Shown here one piece after another: positions 26,746 to 39,444 of a stretch of 64,000 bases of DNA. The stretch is from Squalus acanthias (lineage: Eukaryota). Positions within the stretch are counted from its first letter, which is position 1, and each line of letters begins with the position of its first letter. The stretch is from positions 20,460,001 through 20,524,000 of the forward strand of contig CM059451.1 of the NCBI GenBank assembly GCA_030390025.1. Reading direction: 5' to 3'. The position numbers and the translations under genes were made by a program. The notes below the pieces were generated by a model. The model was not told the origin of the DNA. It saw only the letters and a program-made list of their open reading frames with translations, and made no database searches.

Positions 26746-26977
26746 ATCTATCAATGTTCATCTTTCAGCCAGGAAATTGGCCAGTTTGGACTATTGCTTT
26801 CTCCACAGCAGCCATCAATACCACTTATAACTAGTCAGCAGAAAGCATGGTTTTGCAGAAAAGCCCCATTCCCATTTCTTTCCCACAACCCGTCACAGAA
26901 CACTCATTGTGGGCATTAGAACAGTCAAGACTGGGATTCTAATTCACACCCTCTGGATGGAAGTCCAGCAACTACTA

Positions 26978-27330
26978 CAGGAAACTCTCTTTTAACCAGC
27001 ACCCAAATAACCGGAAATCTCTCTTAACCGGCAAAATTCTTGAGTAGGTAACCGGGGTTTTCCTTCATCTCTCCTTTAAAAATAACTTTGAAAAAAACCG
27101 AGGCGTTTGCCTTGTATCGGAGCGTGTAGATTGGGAGGGGAATGTGCAGCCCGGGTAGGCAGCGGACACGACAGATGGTCAGCTGGCGGTCCCCGGGGAG
27201 ACGGAGCTCCGAATGCAGGCGCATGTCAGGGTGTACGGGGCTCTCGTACGTTGGGAGATATAACTCTCCATTATCCGGACTTTTTGATTAACCGGCACCA
27301 CGCCGGTGCCGGTTAATAAAGAGTTTCCTG
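26978..27330. mobile_element. Tc1/mariner (pogo/Tigger-like) non-autonomous MITE, 353 bp
   Basis: TIRs CAGGAAACTCTCTTTTAACCAGCACC / GGTGCCGGTTAATAAAGAGTTTCCTG, flanked by TA on both sides (26976-26977, 27331-27332). Confidence 0.88.
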
Positions 27331-28569
27331 TACATAGAATCAGTCTCGAGAGTGACCACGTGATACAATCAGTGCTGTATTCTAGACCACTATAAAATTT
27401 GATAGTATAAAAAAGCTTCTTTAAACTTCACTTTGGTAGCGAGCAGTTAACAACAAAAAAATTAAAATTAAGAGCAAGCAAAATAAGTTTAAATAACCTG
27501 GTTTTTAAAAATAAAATTTGAACTCAGACTTGAAATTTATTTTTCCTTAAAAGATTCATTATTAGACACAAGTGGTGCGAGGGTCAATGAGATTACAGAG
27601 GATCACAATTAGAACAGAGCCAAATTTGTAACAAAAACCCCCCAAAAATGCAGTTTCTCAGAATTCACATCTCTTTCCATCTGCCGAGGAGAGTTTTGCG
27701 ATTTAAATTCACATGTGCATTCAGTTTAAAAGAAAAAGGCACAACACAGCAGATTCAATCCCGAAATTAAATATCATCGTGGATAAAATGTATCCATGCA
27801 ATTTGTCATTGTATTAGGAGTCCCAAGTCAAACAGGATACCAACTGACAAAAATCAACAAACCATTCCCGCAGTGCAATTCCCACAATCCTTGGCCTTTC
27901 AGTTCTATGAATGCAAAATTAGTCCGAATAAAAAAAAAGACTTTCTACTTTGTGTATTAAAATATCCAATTCAAAAACTGTCATGGCAACCAGTGGATTT
28001 GCCATGGTAGCAGACCACTCTAATACTGTAATAAATGCCTGCTGAGAACCAACTGGAACTCTCAAAAATAATGAGCAAAAAAATAAATAATAACCTGCCA
28101 TTTAAAATGCAGGTCATCTTTTCCAGCTCCATTTCTTTCTACCTATTTGCTTCTTTCCCATGTTCTCCTCTTGAAGATATGGCTGTGATATGGTTCCACA
28201 GTTGCTGGCAGTACCTTGTTCAAGTGGCTATTCATGTGTGAGCTTTGACGGCGAGTGCCAACAGCTCATTTGATCATTTTTTTTTTGAGGCGGATTCGGG
28301 GAGAGGATGAAGGAAAGAACTAAGGGGGGGGGGGGGGTAAAATGAATATCACACCGGAGCTCAATCCTGCACTCGCCATATAAGAGCATCTGGAGCAGGA
28401 ATCATGGCTGGTTTTATCCCCTGCCCAGGAGCTCCGAGGCTCGCACGCCTACTGCCAAGTTCAGCTAATGGGGCACAGACTGGGAGTCAAACCTGGAACC
28501 TTCGGGTTTGTGTGGCTTTGTGTTACACCAAGCTGTGTCCATATCCACTACTAAGTCAGTCATCTCATA

Positions 28570-28790
28570 AGAGCATTCGGCCCTTCGAGCCTGCTCCGCC
28601 ATTCAATAAGATCATGGCTGATCTTCTACCTCAACTCCACCTCCCCACACTATCCCCAGATCCCTTGGTTCCCTTAATATCCAAAAATCTATCGATCTCT
28701 GTCTTGAATATACTCAACGACTGAGCCGCCACAGCCCTCTGGGGTAGAGAATTCCAAAGATTCACCACCGAGTGAAGAAATTTCACTCCC
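28570..28790 (-). mobile_element. CR1 LINE 3' end
   Basis: Reverse complement of the 54345-54650 copy; VVNLWNSLPQRAV...IFKTEIDRFL. Confidence 0.85.
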
Positions 28791-29439
28791 ATTTTTAATC
28801 TTTCGCACATTCCTTCCACTGCACTCATCATTTTGAGGGCCAAAAGGCAACTATGTGACATGTTCCCTGGCTTTAACAATACTGCTTTTAAGACAGGAAG
28901 AACTCCAAGATCATCCTGGGGTGGCTCAGCTGCCTATTTCCTTTACGCTCCCTCTTCAGAACCTTCCAACAGTACAGAACGCACTGTACATTTGAACCTC
29001 AAACATTCCCCCCTTCATGACACAGCACATTGCTCCATTCATACGATACTGACCAATAATTTTGCTACACATTAGTAAATTGGAAAATATTACAGAAACT
29101 TAACTTGAAATGATCAATTTGGATTTCTGTGCTCCTCACACTTAACCATAAAAATTTAACATCTCAAACTGTACCTTGTATTTGAACTGTCTGAGCAAAG
29201 AAACCAACCTTAATTTTATACGAAACAGACTTATTGGAAAGTTTACACAGTAGTGCACATTTTCACTGTTCTTTTTAATAAAATGAGCATATAGACCTAG
29301 ACAGCATTCAACTAATTAGCACAGAATGTTGCTGTACTTAACACAAGGTTAGAACTCTGAAGCAGTAAAAAAAAAAAATCCTGCCACAATTCCGAGAGCA
29401 AGTATTAAAGGTCCCAACTTAATTGGTTTTAAATCACAA

Positions 29440-29840
29440 GGTCATTACAGATGAGGAAAAACTCTCAGCCCATCTCAGCTTACCCATCCAGAATGGCCCG
29501 AACGTGTCCCCATTATGGCATCCAATTGGGTCTTAAATTATTCTTCCTCCACTACTGTATCCGGGATTCCATTCCACATATTCATCACTGAAGAACTTCC
29601 GAACATCAGACCTAAACTTGCCTTGTACTCGTATGAACCCATATTCCCTTGTCCTCTCTCAATTTAATTTGATGTAATTTTCCAGATTTTCCTTTTTCAT
29701 ACCGTTTACTATCTCATGTGCCTCTAAGATCACCTCTCAATAAGTCCCTCATCAAGGCTGAAAAGCCCAAGTTTCTCCTTTCTTTGCTCACAAGTCAGAC
29801 CACTAACCCTGGAGACCAGCCTTACAGCTCTTCTTTAAAC
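29440..29840 (-). mobile_element. Decayed CR1 LINE 3' fragment
   Basis: CCATTCCAC...CCCTTGTCCT...AAGATCACCTCTCA pattern of an antisense CR1 tail. Confidence 0.55.
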
Positions 29841-30411
29841 ACGATGAAGGGAGGAAAAAAAATGGAAGGAGGGAGGCAGAGAAAAAGGGAGAGAGGAGAA
29901 GAAAAAAAAAAAAAGGGGAGAGGGGAAGGAATTCCATCAAGTTATACTCCATATTTGTGGTCTTAACTTAAAGACTGACCAAGGCACACCAACTAAAACT
30001 GCTTTTACAAAATGTATATATATATGGTCAGCCACAGAAGTCAGCTAAATTTTGCAGGGAAAAATTTGCAATCAACAAATAAAATAAACTCGCCATATAT
30101 GGAGCAAATACTGTGAAATCAAGTAACCAATGGTAATGTGTGCTTTTAAGTAAACCTTTTTAAAATAAAGAACGCCATGATTAGTTCATATTATATTAGT
30201 TGTATCAAATCTTGGCAGCTTTATGTCTTGATGTACAGTATAAACTATTTCACTATAAGATGCTCTCACCAATCTCAATTTTGTCTTAACTTATTAGGCT
30301 ATAGCCATTTGTCATTTAACTGCCTGTATGTCTTTTAAATGATCAAAAATTCCACACTTCTCTCTTCTTTTAAGATAGGCATTGCACATTTGCTAATTTC
30401 ATGACTGAATA

Positions 30412-30905
30412 GGGGTACAGTAGCATAGTGGTTATATTACTGGACTAGTAATCCAGAGGCCTGGACTAATGATCCGGAGACACGAGTTCAAATCCCACCA
30501 CGGCAGCTGTGGGTTTAAGCCCACTGTGGGACTTGAGCATACGAGCTAGGACGACACTTCAGTGCAGTACGAAGGAGCTGCGCTGTCAGAGGTGATATCC
30601 TTTGGACGAAATGTTGAACTGAAGCTCCATGTGCCTGCGCTGGTGGTTCGGGTGGACATTAAAGATTCCATGGTATTGTTTGAAAAACACTAAGTTCGGC
30701 AGGTGTCCCAGTTAACATCGCTTGCTCAACCACAACACAGATTAATTGGTCATTTGTTTCATTACCGCTCATCAGCTCTTGCTCTGCACAACTCACTGCA
30801 TCAGTTGCCGACATAAACAGTCACTGCACTTCAAAGCGATTCTTTGTATGTGAAGCACTTAGAGATATTTCCGAGAAACATAACAAGACATTACATGATT
30901 GCAAG
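30412..30905 (+). mobile_element. Chimeric SINE: family B tRNA-like head joined to a Deu-SINE (family A) body
   Basis: 30412-30508 matches 53087-53185; 30508-30905 matches 53800-54205 (GACTTGAGCA...CACTTCAAAG...TGTGAAGCACTT). Confidence 0.65.
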
Positions 30906-31189
30906 CCTTTTGTTTTTTTTCTTTTCCTTGGCTTGTATTGTTATGCTGTTGCGTGGGGTGTTCCAGAGTATGAGCATGCACCAAGCACTGTTTGGGAGCC
31001 ATTTCTCCCTGAATCGGACAAGAATTTTTAGGACAGCATCTCAAAAATGCAAGTCCACTGGCAACCAAAGTAATGGTGAAATGGAGGCGTCGGCAAATAT
31101 TACAAACCCAATTGTTATAAAATTCTCCACGTGCAAAACTGATTTGTAGCCCTCTCCCTAAGTCTACAGTGTAAACAACTTGCCATTAA

Positions 31190-31745
31190 TGTAGAAAAAC
31201 ATGCCAAGGCGCTTCACAGGAGCGCAATCAAACCAAGAAAACAAAGGAGGAGATATTAGAAGTGACTTTAAGCTTGGTCAAAGAGGTTTTTTTTTTGAGG
31301 GTCTTAAAGGAAGAGAGGGAGGTGGAACGACAGAGAGGTTTAGGAAGGGTATTACAGAACGTGGGGCCTAGGCAGCTGAAGGCACGGCCGCCAAAGGTGG
31401 GGCGAAGGGAGTGGGGGATGCACAAGAGGCCAGAGTTGGAGGAACAGAGGGCTGGAGATGGTTGCAGAGATGAAGAGCAGAGAGGCGCTGAAGGGATGTA
31501 ACATTAGGCATTGGCGGACCAGGAGCCAATGTAGGTTAATGAGCACTGGGGTGATGCATGAGCGAGACTTCGTGTGGGATAGAATTCTGGCAGCAGAGTT
31601 TTGGATGAGCTTAAGTTTATGAAGGGTGGAAGATGGGCGGCCAGTAGGAGAGCAGTGCAACAGTCGAGTCTGGAGGAGACAAATTCGCAGAGGAGGGTTT
31701 CAGCAGATGGGCTGAGGCAGGAACAGAGCTGAGCAATGTTACGAT
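31190..31745 (-). mobile_element. L2 LINE 3' fragment
   Basis: ORFs KLKLIQNSAARILSHTK...ITPVLINLHWL and GGRAFSCLGPT...TLP are typical of the L2 ORF2 C-terminus. Confidence 0.85.
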
Positions 31746-32045
31746 AGTCGGCAATTACAGAGGTGGCAGTGGACTGCAGGGTAACTCATGAAAAACGGTG
31801 TACACTGTTCTGCCAACAGGATAAAGGAGCTTGGTTGAGTAGCGTAAGCACCAAGAATTAGCTCAAAGATGCTGGTCTTCTGGAATCCAAACTAAATGAG
31901 CAAGTTCTATGGATTTTAACAGGAAACTTGAGTGAAGTCTACTTTCGTAATTTCCTTTTCTAAACAAACCTGGGAAGCTTCTTGTACTACCATTCTACTT
32001 CATGTCAGCAAATTTCAAATTAGTAGAAAACAGTATAGTACAGGA

Positions 32046-32143
32046 ACAACAACAGAAAATGCTGGAAATACTCAGGTCAGGCAGCACCGTGGAGAGAGAA
32101 ACAGAGTTAACGTTTCAGGTCGATGATCCTTCGTCAGAATGCT
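32046..32143 (-). mobile_element. 98-bp Penelope terminal-repeat fragment with hammerhead motif and 13-bp TSD
   Basis: Flanking direct repeat GTATAGTACAGGA (32033-32045, 32144-32156); minus strand CUGACGA-A-GGAUC(AUC)GACCU-GAAA-CGUU-AACU. Confidence 0.8.
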
Positions 32144-32669
32144 GTATAGTACAGGAGCCTGGTGAAGCACACTCCAGGTAGCCATTTGAGCACACACTTC
32201 TGGATCCCTCCCCACCTCCTCCATAATGGGATGAATGGGTTGTTTAATACATGTGCCTTGCACTCAGCCCTGCATGAATGCTGCCTGGTACTGTACCCAT
32301 AAGTGCAGCAGAATGACAACTTTGATTTAATTGCACCAGTGTGCAGAATAACCATCAAAACTTTTCAGTTTACTCAGCAGCGAAAACCTCTTGACAAACT
32401 CTCATTTAAAAAGCCATTTACAGCTTCCCCACGTACTTTAGTAAACAGCAGCCAGCAATGCAACAATCAGCTACAACCTCTCCACGCAGTAAATGGCTCA
32501 GTAAGTGGAACATCTTCACCATAAAAGTTTTTTGCTGCCGTTGAGGTCAGACAAACATTTATTCAAACCGAAGAGGACTTAAAACAAGACGCTACATTTT
32601 GAGCACCCAACTGTTGAGTCTTGGGTTCCCAAGCAATTTTTTTCTGATGCCATCAATTAAACTTTTCGT

Positions 32670-32985
32670 CTTTGTGATGTTAAACCGAGGCCCCGTCTGC
32701 CCTCTCAGGTGGACATAAAACATCGCATGGCACTATTTTGAAGAACAGGGGAGTTATCCCCGGTGTCCTAGCCAAAAATTTATCCCTCAATTAACATCAC
32801 TAAAAAACAGATCATCTGGTGATTATCACATTACTGTTTGTGGGAGCTTGCTGTGCGTAAATTGGCTGCCGCATTTCCTACATCAGAATAGTGACTACAC
32901 TTCAAAAAGTACTTTATTGGCTGTGAAGCGCTTTGGGGCATCTGGTGGTCATGAAAATCGCTTTATAAATGCAAGTCTTTCTTTA
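32670..32985 (+). mobile_element. Deu-domain SINE, 5'-truncated (family A)
   Basis: High similarity to 53905-54210. Confidence 0.85.
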
Positions 32986-33324
32986 AATTTTCTGATCAAA
33001 ATGTGACAATTTGTGAGCATCCCCGAATGCTTCTGGGTATTTGCACCATGTTGCATAGTAAAGTCAAACAAACTGGGAAGGTCCCAAGGTTCAATCCCTG
33101 GTCAGTAGTAGGACCACTATAACCAGCCTGAGTATCTCCGGGCTTTTCTGAGGAGGCGTTTGTACATTAGGGGAGGACAGGATTGCGCTCATGTGTGAAA
33201 CCCCACATGGTGTCCCGATGCTCACTGTCCCGGCTTACACATGTAGAATGACTATTTATGGCAATGTAAAAGGCAGCATATTGCAACGTACTGGTGCTCC
33301 AATGCAATGTGCCAGAGAGTGGAA

Positions 33325-33760
33325 AGAGCATAGGAGCAGAGTAGGTCATTCGGCCCATCGAGCCTACTCACTATTTTGTTAACCGCGCCAGCGCTCGCAT
33401 TAATCTGAATTTCCTGTCTTGTCCAGATACCTCAAAAACAGTTCTTCTGAAGTATCTCAATTGATGCTGCATCTATATCTGACTGGGCTAGTGCGTTCCA
33501 AATTCTCTCAGCCTACCACGTGAAGACATTTCTCCTGCATTCACTTTTAAATGGCTGAATTCTAATTGAAAGATTATGTCCCCTTGCTCTGGATTCCTGT
33601 GCTAGAAGGAAAAGTCTTCCCCTATACATATCAATTCCCTTATTGTTAACACCTCAATTATATCATCCCGTAATCTGTATCTTTAAGGAATACAACCCAA
33701 TTTTACCCAGTCTCTCATCGTAACAATGCCTCTTCATTCCAGGTATTAATCTGGTGAATC
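33325..33760 (-). mobile_element. Decayed CR1 LINE 3' fragment
   Basis: AGCATAGGAGCAGAGTAGGTCATTCGGCCCATCGAGCCT is the antisense CR1 tail seen at 28570 and 54650. Confidence 0.65.
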
Positions 33761-34024
33761 GTGGGTCTAGTAAAGACCAGGTTCATGCATGGAAATCCCT
33801 TAATGTCAAGGTCTTAATCTTGCTGTGCAATTAAGGAGAAGACATCAAGTAGAGGTCAACCCCAGAAGCTTCTCTAAAGGGAAGGGGAAAAAAGGCACGA
33901 GTCGCCATAGGGCACCAGACAGCACAAAACTGCAGAGACTTGCAATTTGCTGGGCTGTGCTCCCAGAGAAGGGTACATAGTGATGAAAAAGAATTAAAAA
34001 TTCTTACTAAGTTAATGGGCACCT

Positions 34025-34400
34025 CTGATGGCTCCAGTTTATCCAGTGAGTAGCTAAGCCAAACAGATCAGCAACATCACAGGTTCGGTATCTGGTCTGT
34101 GCTTAGTTAACTCACTGCAGGGTACTACAATTGGCTGGGTTGGGGAGGGAAAAAGAAACGAGGTTGTTGCTCCTAATTCCCATCTTGATCATCCCTGCTG
34201 GAAGTGTACATGAACATCAGGGGAGGACTCAATCAGGAAGAGACATACAGGACATGTCCCCTGTGGTTGAATTGCCTGCCAACACACGTCATCAAGGCTT
34301 AAACTAAATGGCTACTTCAATCAGGTACTGGAGGGCGATCAGTGCCAAAGGAACTGCACCGCAACAAGAAGCCAACACTTTCAGGAGAGGCAGGGAGAAA
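34025..34400 (+). mobile_element. Old SINE-like family C, near full-length copy
   Basis: tRNA-like head (AGGTTCGGTATCTGGTCTGTGC), core CCCTGCTGGAAGTG...GCCTGCCAACAC...GGTACTGGAGGGC and tail TTCAGGAGAGG. Confidence 0.6.
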
Positions 34401-37400
34401 ATGAGCAAGAGGAAAAAGGAACCTAGCAGCACCATTTGGTCACAAGACGACATGCCCTGTATGTTTTTCCCTTTCCAACTCCAGAAGCAAGCTACGAACG
34501 AAGAGGCAGAATCTACGCAATAAACATACAACTCTAAAATGACCTACATAAGCATCAACACCACACAAAAGTAAAATTTCTTTTTAAAGAAAGAAATTCT
34601 ATAGAGAACACAATGTATTCCACAAATGGGCTGACCAAACGATGCCAAAGGAGAGGAATAAATTTTCGAGCGGATTACACTGTATTTAATAACAATCCTT
34701 TTAATCAGTGAGAAAGAAGTCAGATTTGAAATTCTTGTGGTTTGCTCTGACATTTCACAGTAATACCCCAGCACTTAAACCTAAATGTTTTATAAAATAC
34801 AATAATAGGGACATTTATCAGGAGATTTTAATATCAAAGCAGAGGTGGAGACGTAACTAGGGTGGCATGACAATCTCTTTAGTCCCACAACAAACATTCC
34901 TCCAACCAACCAGTCACACAGTGACATTTGTAGTAGCGATGGAGATGATATCTGAACCAGGCCGTTTACAAAGAAGAGATCAATTACCTCCCACCTCTCT
35001 GGTGTCACCCTTTCAGATCCTTTATGAAGGGTCTCTTTCACAAAATGTGTTAATGCTGATAAGCAGATCAGAAATGGCTAATGCATGGCGTTGTGGGGGG
35101 GGGGGGGGGGGGGAAACGGGGACAGAAGGAGGAAAGAGAAAATATCAATAAGAGTGGCTACATAGCAGTACAATCCCTCAGACCTGCATTTGGGAACAGA
35201 ACAGATGACATTGGAGCAGAAAGGTACCTGCAGTTCCCCTCAAAGTCCTCCATCATAGCTGGATCATCTCAGGAAGGAACGGAGTGGAGGCTACCAGCTT
35301 CAATACAAGCACATCACCTCAAGACTGCTTTTGTGCATCTCCCAGCAACCAATTCGAAAGCTCAGAAATAGGGAGGCTGCCTACTGTCTGATAGAGTGAC
35401 TACAGCACACAATTCAATTCAATCTGGGTAGATTAGGGTTTCTGTTGAAGCACAATTTGCCTACATTAATCAAAAAGAGGGACAGATTTAGGTGCCGGAA
35501 CCTTCTAACCCCACTTAAACAAAAAACAGGAATCAAAGTGGTCTGGATTTGAACAGGTTGGGAGTTGAAGCAAACCCACACCCATTTACATCACAGAATA
35601 TGTGCCAGCTTCCTTGCTGTTGAATCTGCCGTTTATACTGCGCAGCAGATTTAACAAATAACTGCACACGTATGAGATTTGCCATGCTTTGGCCATGACT
35701 ATTCCATCCTCAAGGTGGGTAACCTGCTCAAAGACTTCAACCAATGCTGTTCAAAAAAAATGGCCACTCAATACATGGACACATCAAAGGCTGACTTTCG
35801 CTCCAATTTTGTTTTCCTCACTGTGGCACTGCACCCCGCCCGCCCCCAAGGTAGGTAGCATGACTGAGACAAGGAACTCAATGTGGGAAGGGGGGAGGAA
35901 AAGGGTATGAGCATGGACCAGCATCATACCCTCCATACTAGACACACTTGGGTTCCAACATACCACACTACCTCCCCTCTATACTCACATCCGACTTTCT
36001 TATTCCAGTACGCTATGCAAACTAATTACTTTAGTTAACCAAGATTAACCCTTAATACCTTTAAAGTAAAGAGCAACACTTTTTCCAAAAGGATGCACAA
36101 ACATGACTACACACTGATCATTAATCATCATAACCCGTAGCAGAGCAAGCAGCTGCTCAAATTACTCCACCACTACGGCAAGAAAACCTGTGATTCCCAA
36201 CTATAAACAACTTGTATTTATATAGCGCCTTTAACGCAGTAAAACGTTCCAAGGTTGCTTCACAGGAGCGCTATCAGACAAAATTTGACACAAAATTAAA
36301 GCAGTGGAAAAAGTGATTTTAATAAAGACTTTTAGCTGGAGCAGGGACACGTGTATGTAGTGAACGACAGCTACAATAAAATGGTTACTGACCAGTTTGC
36401 CTTTTATATAGCAGGTACACAATTTATTTGGAGATGGAAATTAGCACAAAGGTCCTACATGGCAATTAAATCCATTCATGGCAGTCAAGTGTCCCTCTTT
36501 TCTCATTAGCTGAAATTTAAAAAAAACTTATGCCAATTTCTGAAATGCAGATCCCACATAAATGCAACCCTTTTGAAAGGCTACTATTTTAAGCAATCAC
36601 TTCACTGAATTCAGTTTCTCGAGATGATACCAGCTGTCGTTTTAATTTCTGACCCAACTGACTATACAACAGAAATATTTTAAATTCCTCCTAAAATGGT
36701 GAAAGTTATCAATACAGAGTTCTGTATGGTATTGCACATTCTAACACTATTGCTTCTTTGCAAAAAAGTGCTAATGTTTTTTCCTTTGCTGCAGCTTCAT
36801 CTTTTCACCTGGCCTTCCTCTTTCGTGCATGTACAGCCTGGGCTTTATTCTCTGCACATTTACGATCTTTCAGTGTTGCCCATGCCTCTCAGAGATGCTC
36901 CCGACAGAACGCATCATTCCAACTCTAGCAAGATCTCTCCATTAAAACTTGGGCTCCCCCCACCCCCAAAAATGTAACAGCTCAAGTCCAAGCTTAGGAC
37001 TGATTGCAGTTTAACTGTTTTTAAGCTTCCCTCCTTCCTTTTTCAGGGTTAGATTTGCAATGGACAAATAGTAAGGAATGACTGTTTCCCCAGTCTGCCT
37101 TGCTATTGATGGCGCTTGTAATGCCCCACAGTCCGGAGAAGACTTCTTACAAGGACTTTGTTTTCAACGGTTTTATGCATGCTGAATCAAGCTTCGTGCT
37201 GTACTCACAGGTGTTCCAATAGGTCATAGAGTGACAAGTCATGCTATTTGTACCTTGAAGGCATCGCCTGCTCATTAATAAAACACAGAGCTCGGCAGTG
37301 ATAATTAAAAAAAAATTCACAAAAGGCAACAAAGACTCGAAAATCTCAAGTGGCCACTTCTGACGTGAAAAACCCCAGTGCATATTAAACCTGCAACAAC

Positions 37401-38167
37401 AAATGCACATGTGGATGTAAATGTGACAATATTAGATGCAAAAGGCATCAAAGACCCCAAAACTCCCAAGGGGCAGAAAGGCTCAATGGGAAGGTGGTGA
37501 CCCCAGTGTATGCAAGACTGGTCCAAAGTTTTTATTTTTAGCAAGCTGGCCAATAATAGTTTACTAACATTTTGGTGCAAAGTTGCTGTATTAACACTGA
37601 AAATAGCAGATGGCAATCAAACATCCAGCACCAGAGCTCCATTCAATCCAGCTGCTCTCGGCTCCCTCCCTCCCTTTAGAAGTCCTGTCAAGATCCAAAA
37701 GTCAGATTAATGGCAGCACACACTTTCAAAAAAATGACAAGCCCTGGGATATTTGGTTCTGGAATTCTCCTAGCACCAGTCAACCTTCAATTTGGCAGCC
37801 ACACTGGTATAGGTGCTCACACTTCACTGTGCATCAAAACATCTATTATGAGACATGGGACTTTTAAATTAAGCCATTTGAAACCAGATCTTGTGTTGGG
37901 ATACACAGTTATGGCAGATGCCTTTTGCAATTTGTTTTCCCCGAATTGGCTTTTAACCACAGTGTTTACATTTTACAAACTTATATTGAGAATATAAAAA
38001 GGTAGAACGTTTGTCAGTAATAGTTAACCACCACAGCCTGATATTATAAGCTGGTGGCTCTACCATGCATTTCACACAGGCAAACATTTAAAAAAGAGAA
38101 AAATTGGTTTTTTTTTGTGCATCAAATTCCCCTCCCCTCCAGAGGCCATTGACTCCTGCTAGATACC

Positions 38168-38351
38168 TCCTTCTTCTTCGGCAGTCCCTCGGAACCGAGG
38201 ATGACTTGCTTCCACACTAAAAATGAGTTCTCAGGTGACTGATGAGTCCAATGCGGGGGACCTACAGTCTCTGTCACAGGTGGTTGAAGGGGTGGGTGGG
38301 TGGGGTGCTTGGGTTGACGTGCGCTCCTTCCGCTTGCTCCCGGCGAAGAGA
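38168..38351 (-). mobile_element. RTE-clade LINE, short 3' copy with TSD
   Basis: Matches 60795-61005 in reverse; (GAA)n tail; direct repeat CTAGATACC at 38159-38167 and 38352-38360. Confidence 0.88.
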
Positions 38352-38360
38352 CTAGATACC

Positions 38361-38645
38361 CTGCTAGATAGCATTCAATGGATGGCAGTCACCCTCTGCT
38401 ACCTCTGTAGAAGTGCCAATTCCTCATGTGTGAGCCTCAACAATGGGTGTTGGCAGGCTAATCACTCACAGCCAAGCCCAATTCTGTCTTCAACTGACCA
38501 TACGCATACAAACACTTCCCAACAGAGGTCACTGTATAGCAATCTGGGGTAAGAACCCTGGTTGATTTTTGTTCCTCTACTTGGCCAAGAGGTTGCGGTC
38601 GCCAATTGTAGGACATCTGCTGCCAACCCAGCTGTGATCAGTTAA
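38361..38645 (-). mobile_element. Old SINE-like family C copy
   Basis: ATGTGTGAGCCT...GTGTTGGCAGGCTA...GAACCCTGGTTGATTTT is the reverse complement of the family core. Confidence 0.6.
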
Positions 38646-39444
38646 CTCTGTAAAGACTGAGAATTGAATTCTGGAATCCACAGAAAACATGGTTCTAAAA
38701 CTGTAGAAATTGTAATAATTGATGGCAGCTGAAATATATTACTCATAATCCAAACTATTAAAAAGGTGAAATAAAGGCGATATGGCAAATATATTGCCAG
38801 AAAAAGAGCAAGCACAGCCAAGAAACAAAAGAGCATTCCAATACCAGGAGCAGCAATGAAGTGCAATGCGCAAAATGGGAGCAGATGAAAGTCAGTGTCA
38901 GCACAAGTTGGAAATGCACAAACTGGGAGGTAGAAGAGAATCACCTGAGGCGCTCAAAAGCTAAGAAATCTCAAACTTTTCCTAAACCTTCACCAGATTG
39001 ACCATGACATTTTACGGCTCGTGTTAATGGAATGATAATGTAGAACAGTTGCAGCCTTGAGTAGGGCAGCCACCCATCAGTTTTCCAAAGTGCTTTAACA
39101 AAACTGTGCACATGCAGCCCGTTTCATGTCCAAAGCATTTCAAAGTACAGCCCCGTCCCTATCCAAGTTTTGGCCAGTCAAAAGATAGCTGGGAAAGATG
39201 GTCGAGAAGAGAGTCAAATTTACCTCTCAGACGTATCTCTGATTATTATAAGCAACAGTCTCTTGCAATAAATCATAATATTTGCTCTAGGTTCGGTTAT
39301 CAAGAAGTTTAGTGCTTCTGCTAGGAAATCAGTTACGCCTCCATTACTGCAGGACTGGGAAAACACTGCACTGGATGTCAATCTGTAGCGTTCAAAACCA
39401 CAAGGAAATTAGGTCAATTTCTCCCTAATCCTCCTCCATCACCC

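Noticed and set aside
38235-38270. CTGATGAGTCC...GGAC resembling a hammerhead core
   Set aside because: The required GAAA after helix II is missing (CTAC instead); it is the antisense of the RTE C-terminal coding sequence.
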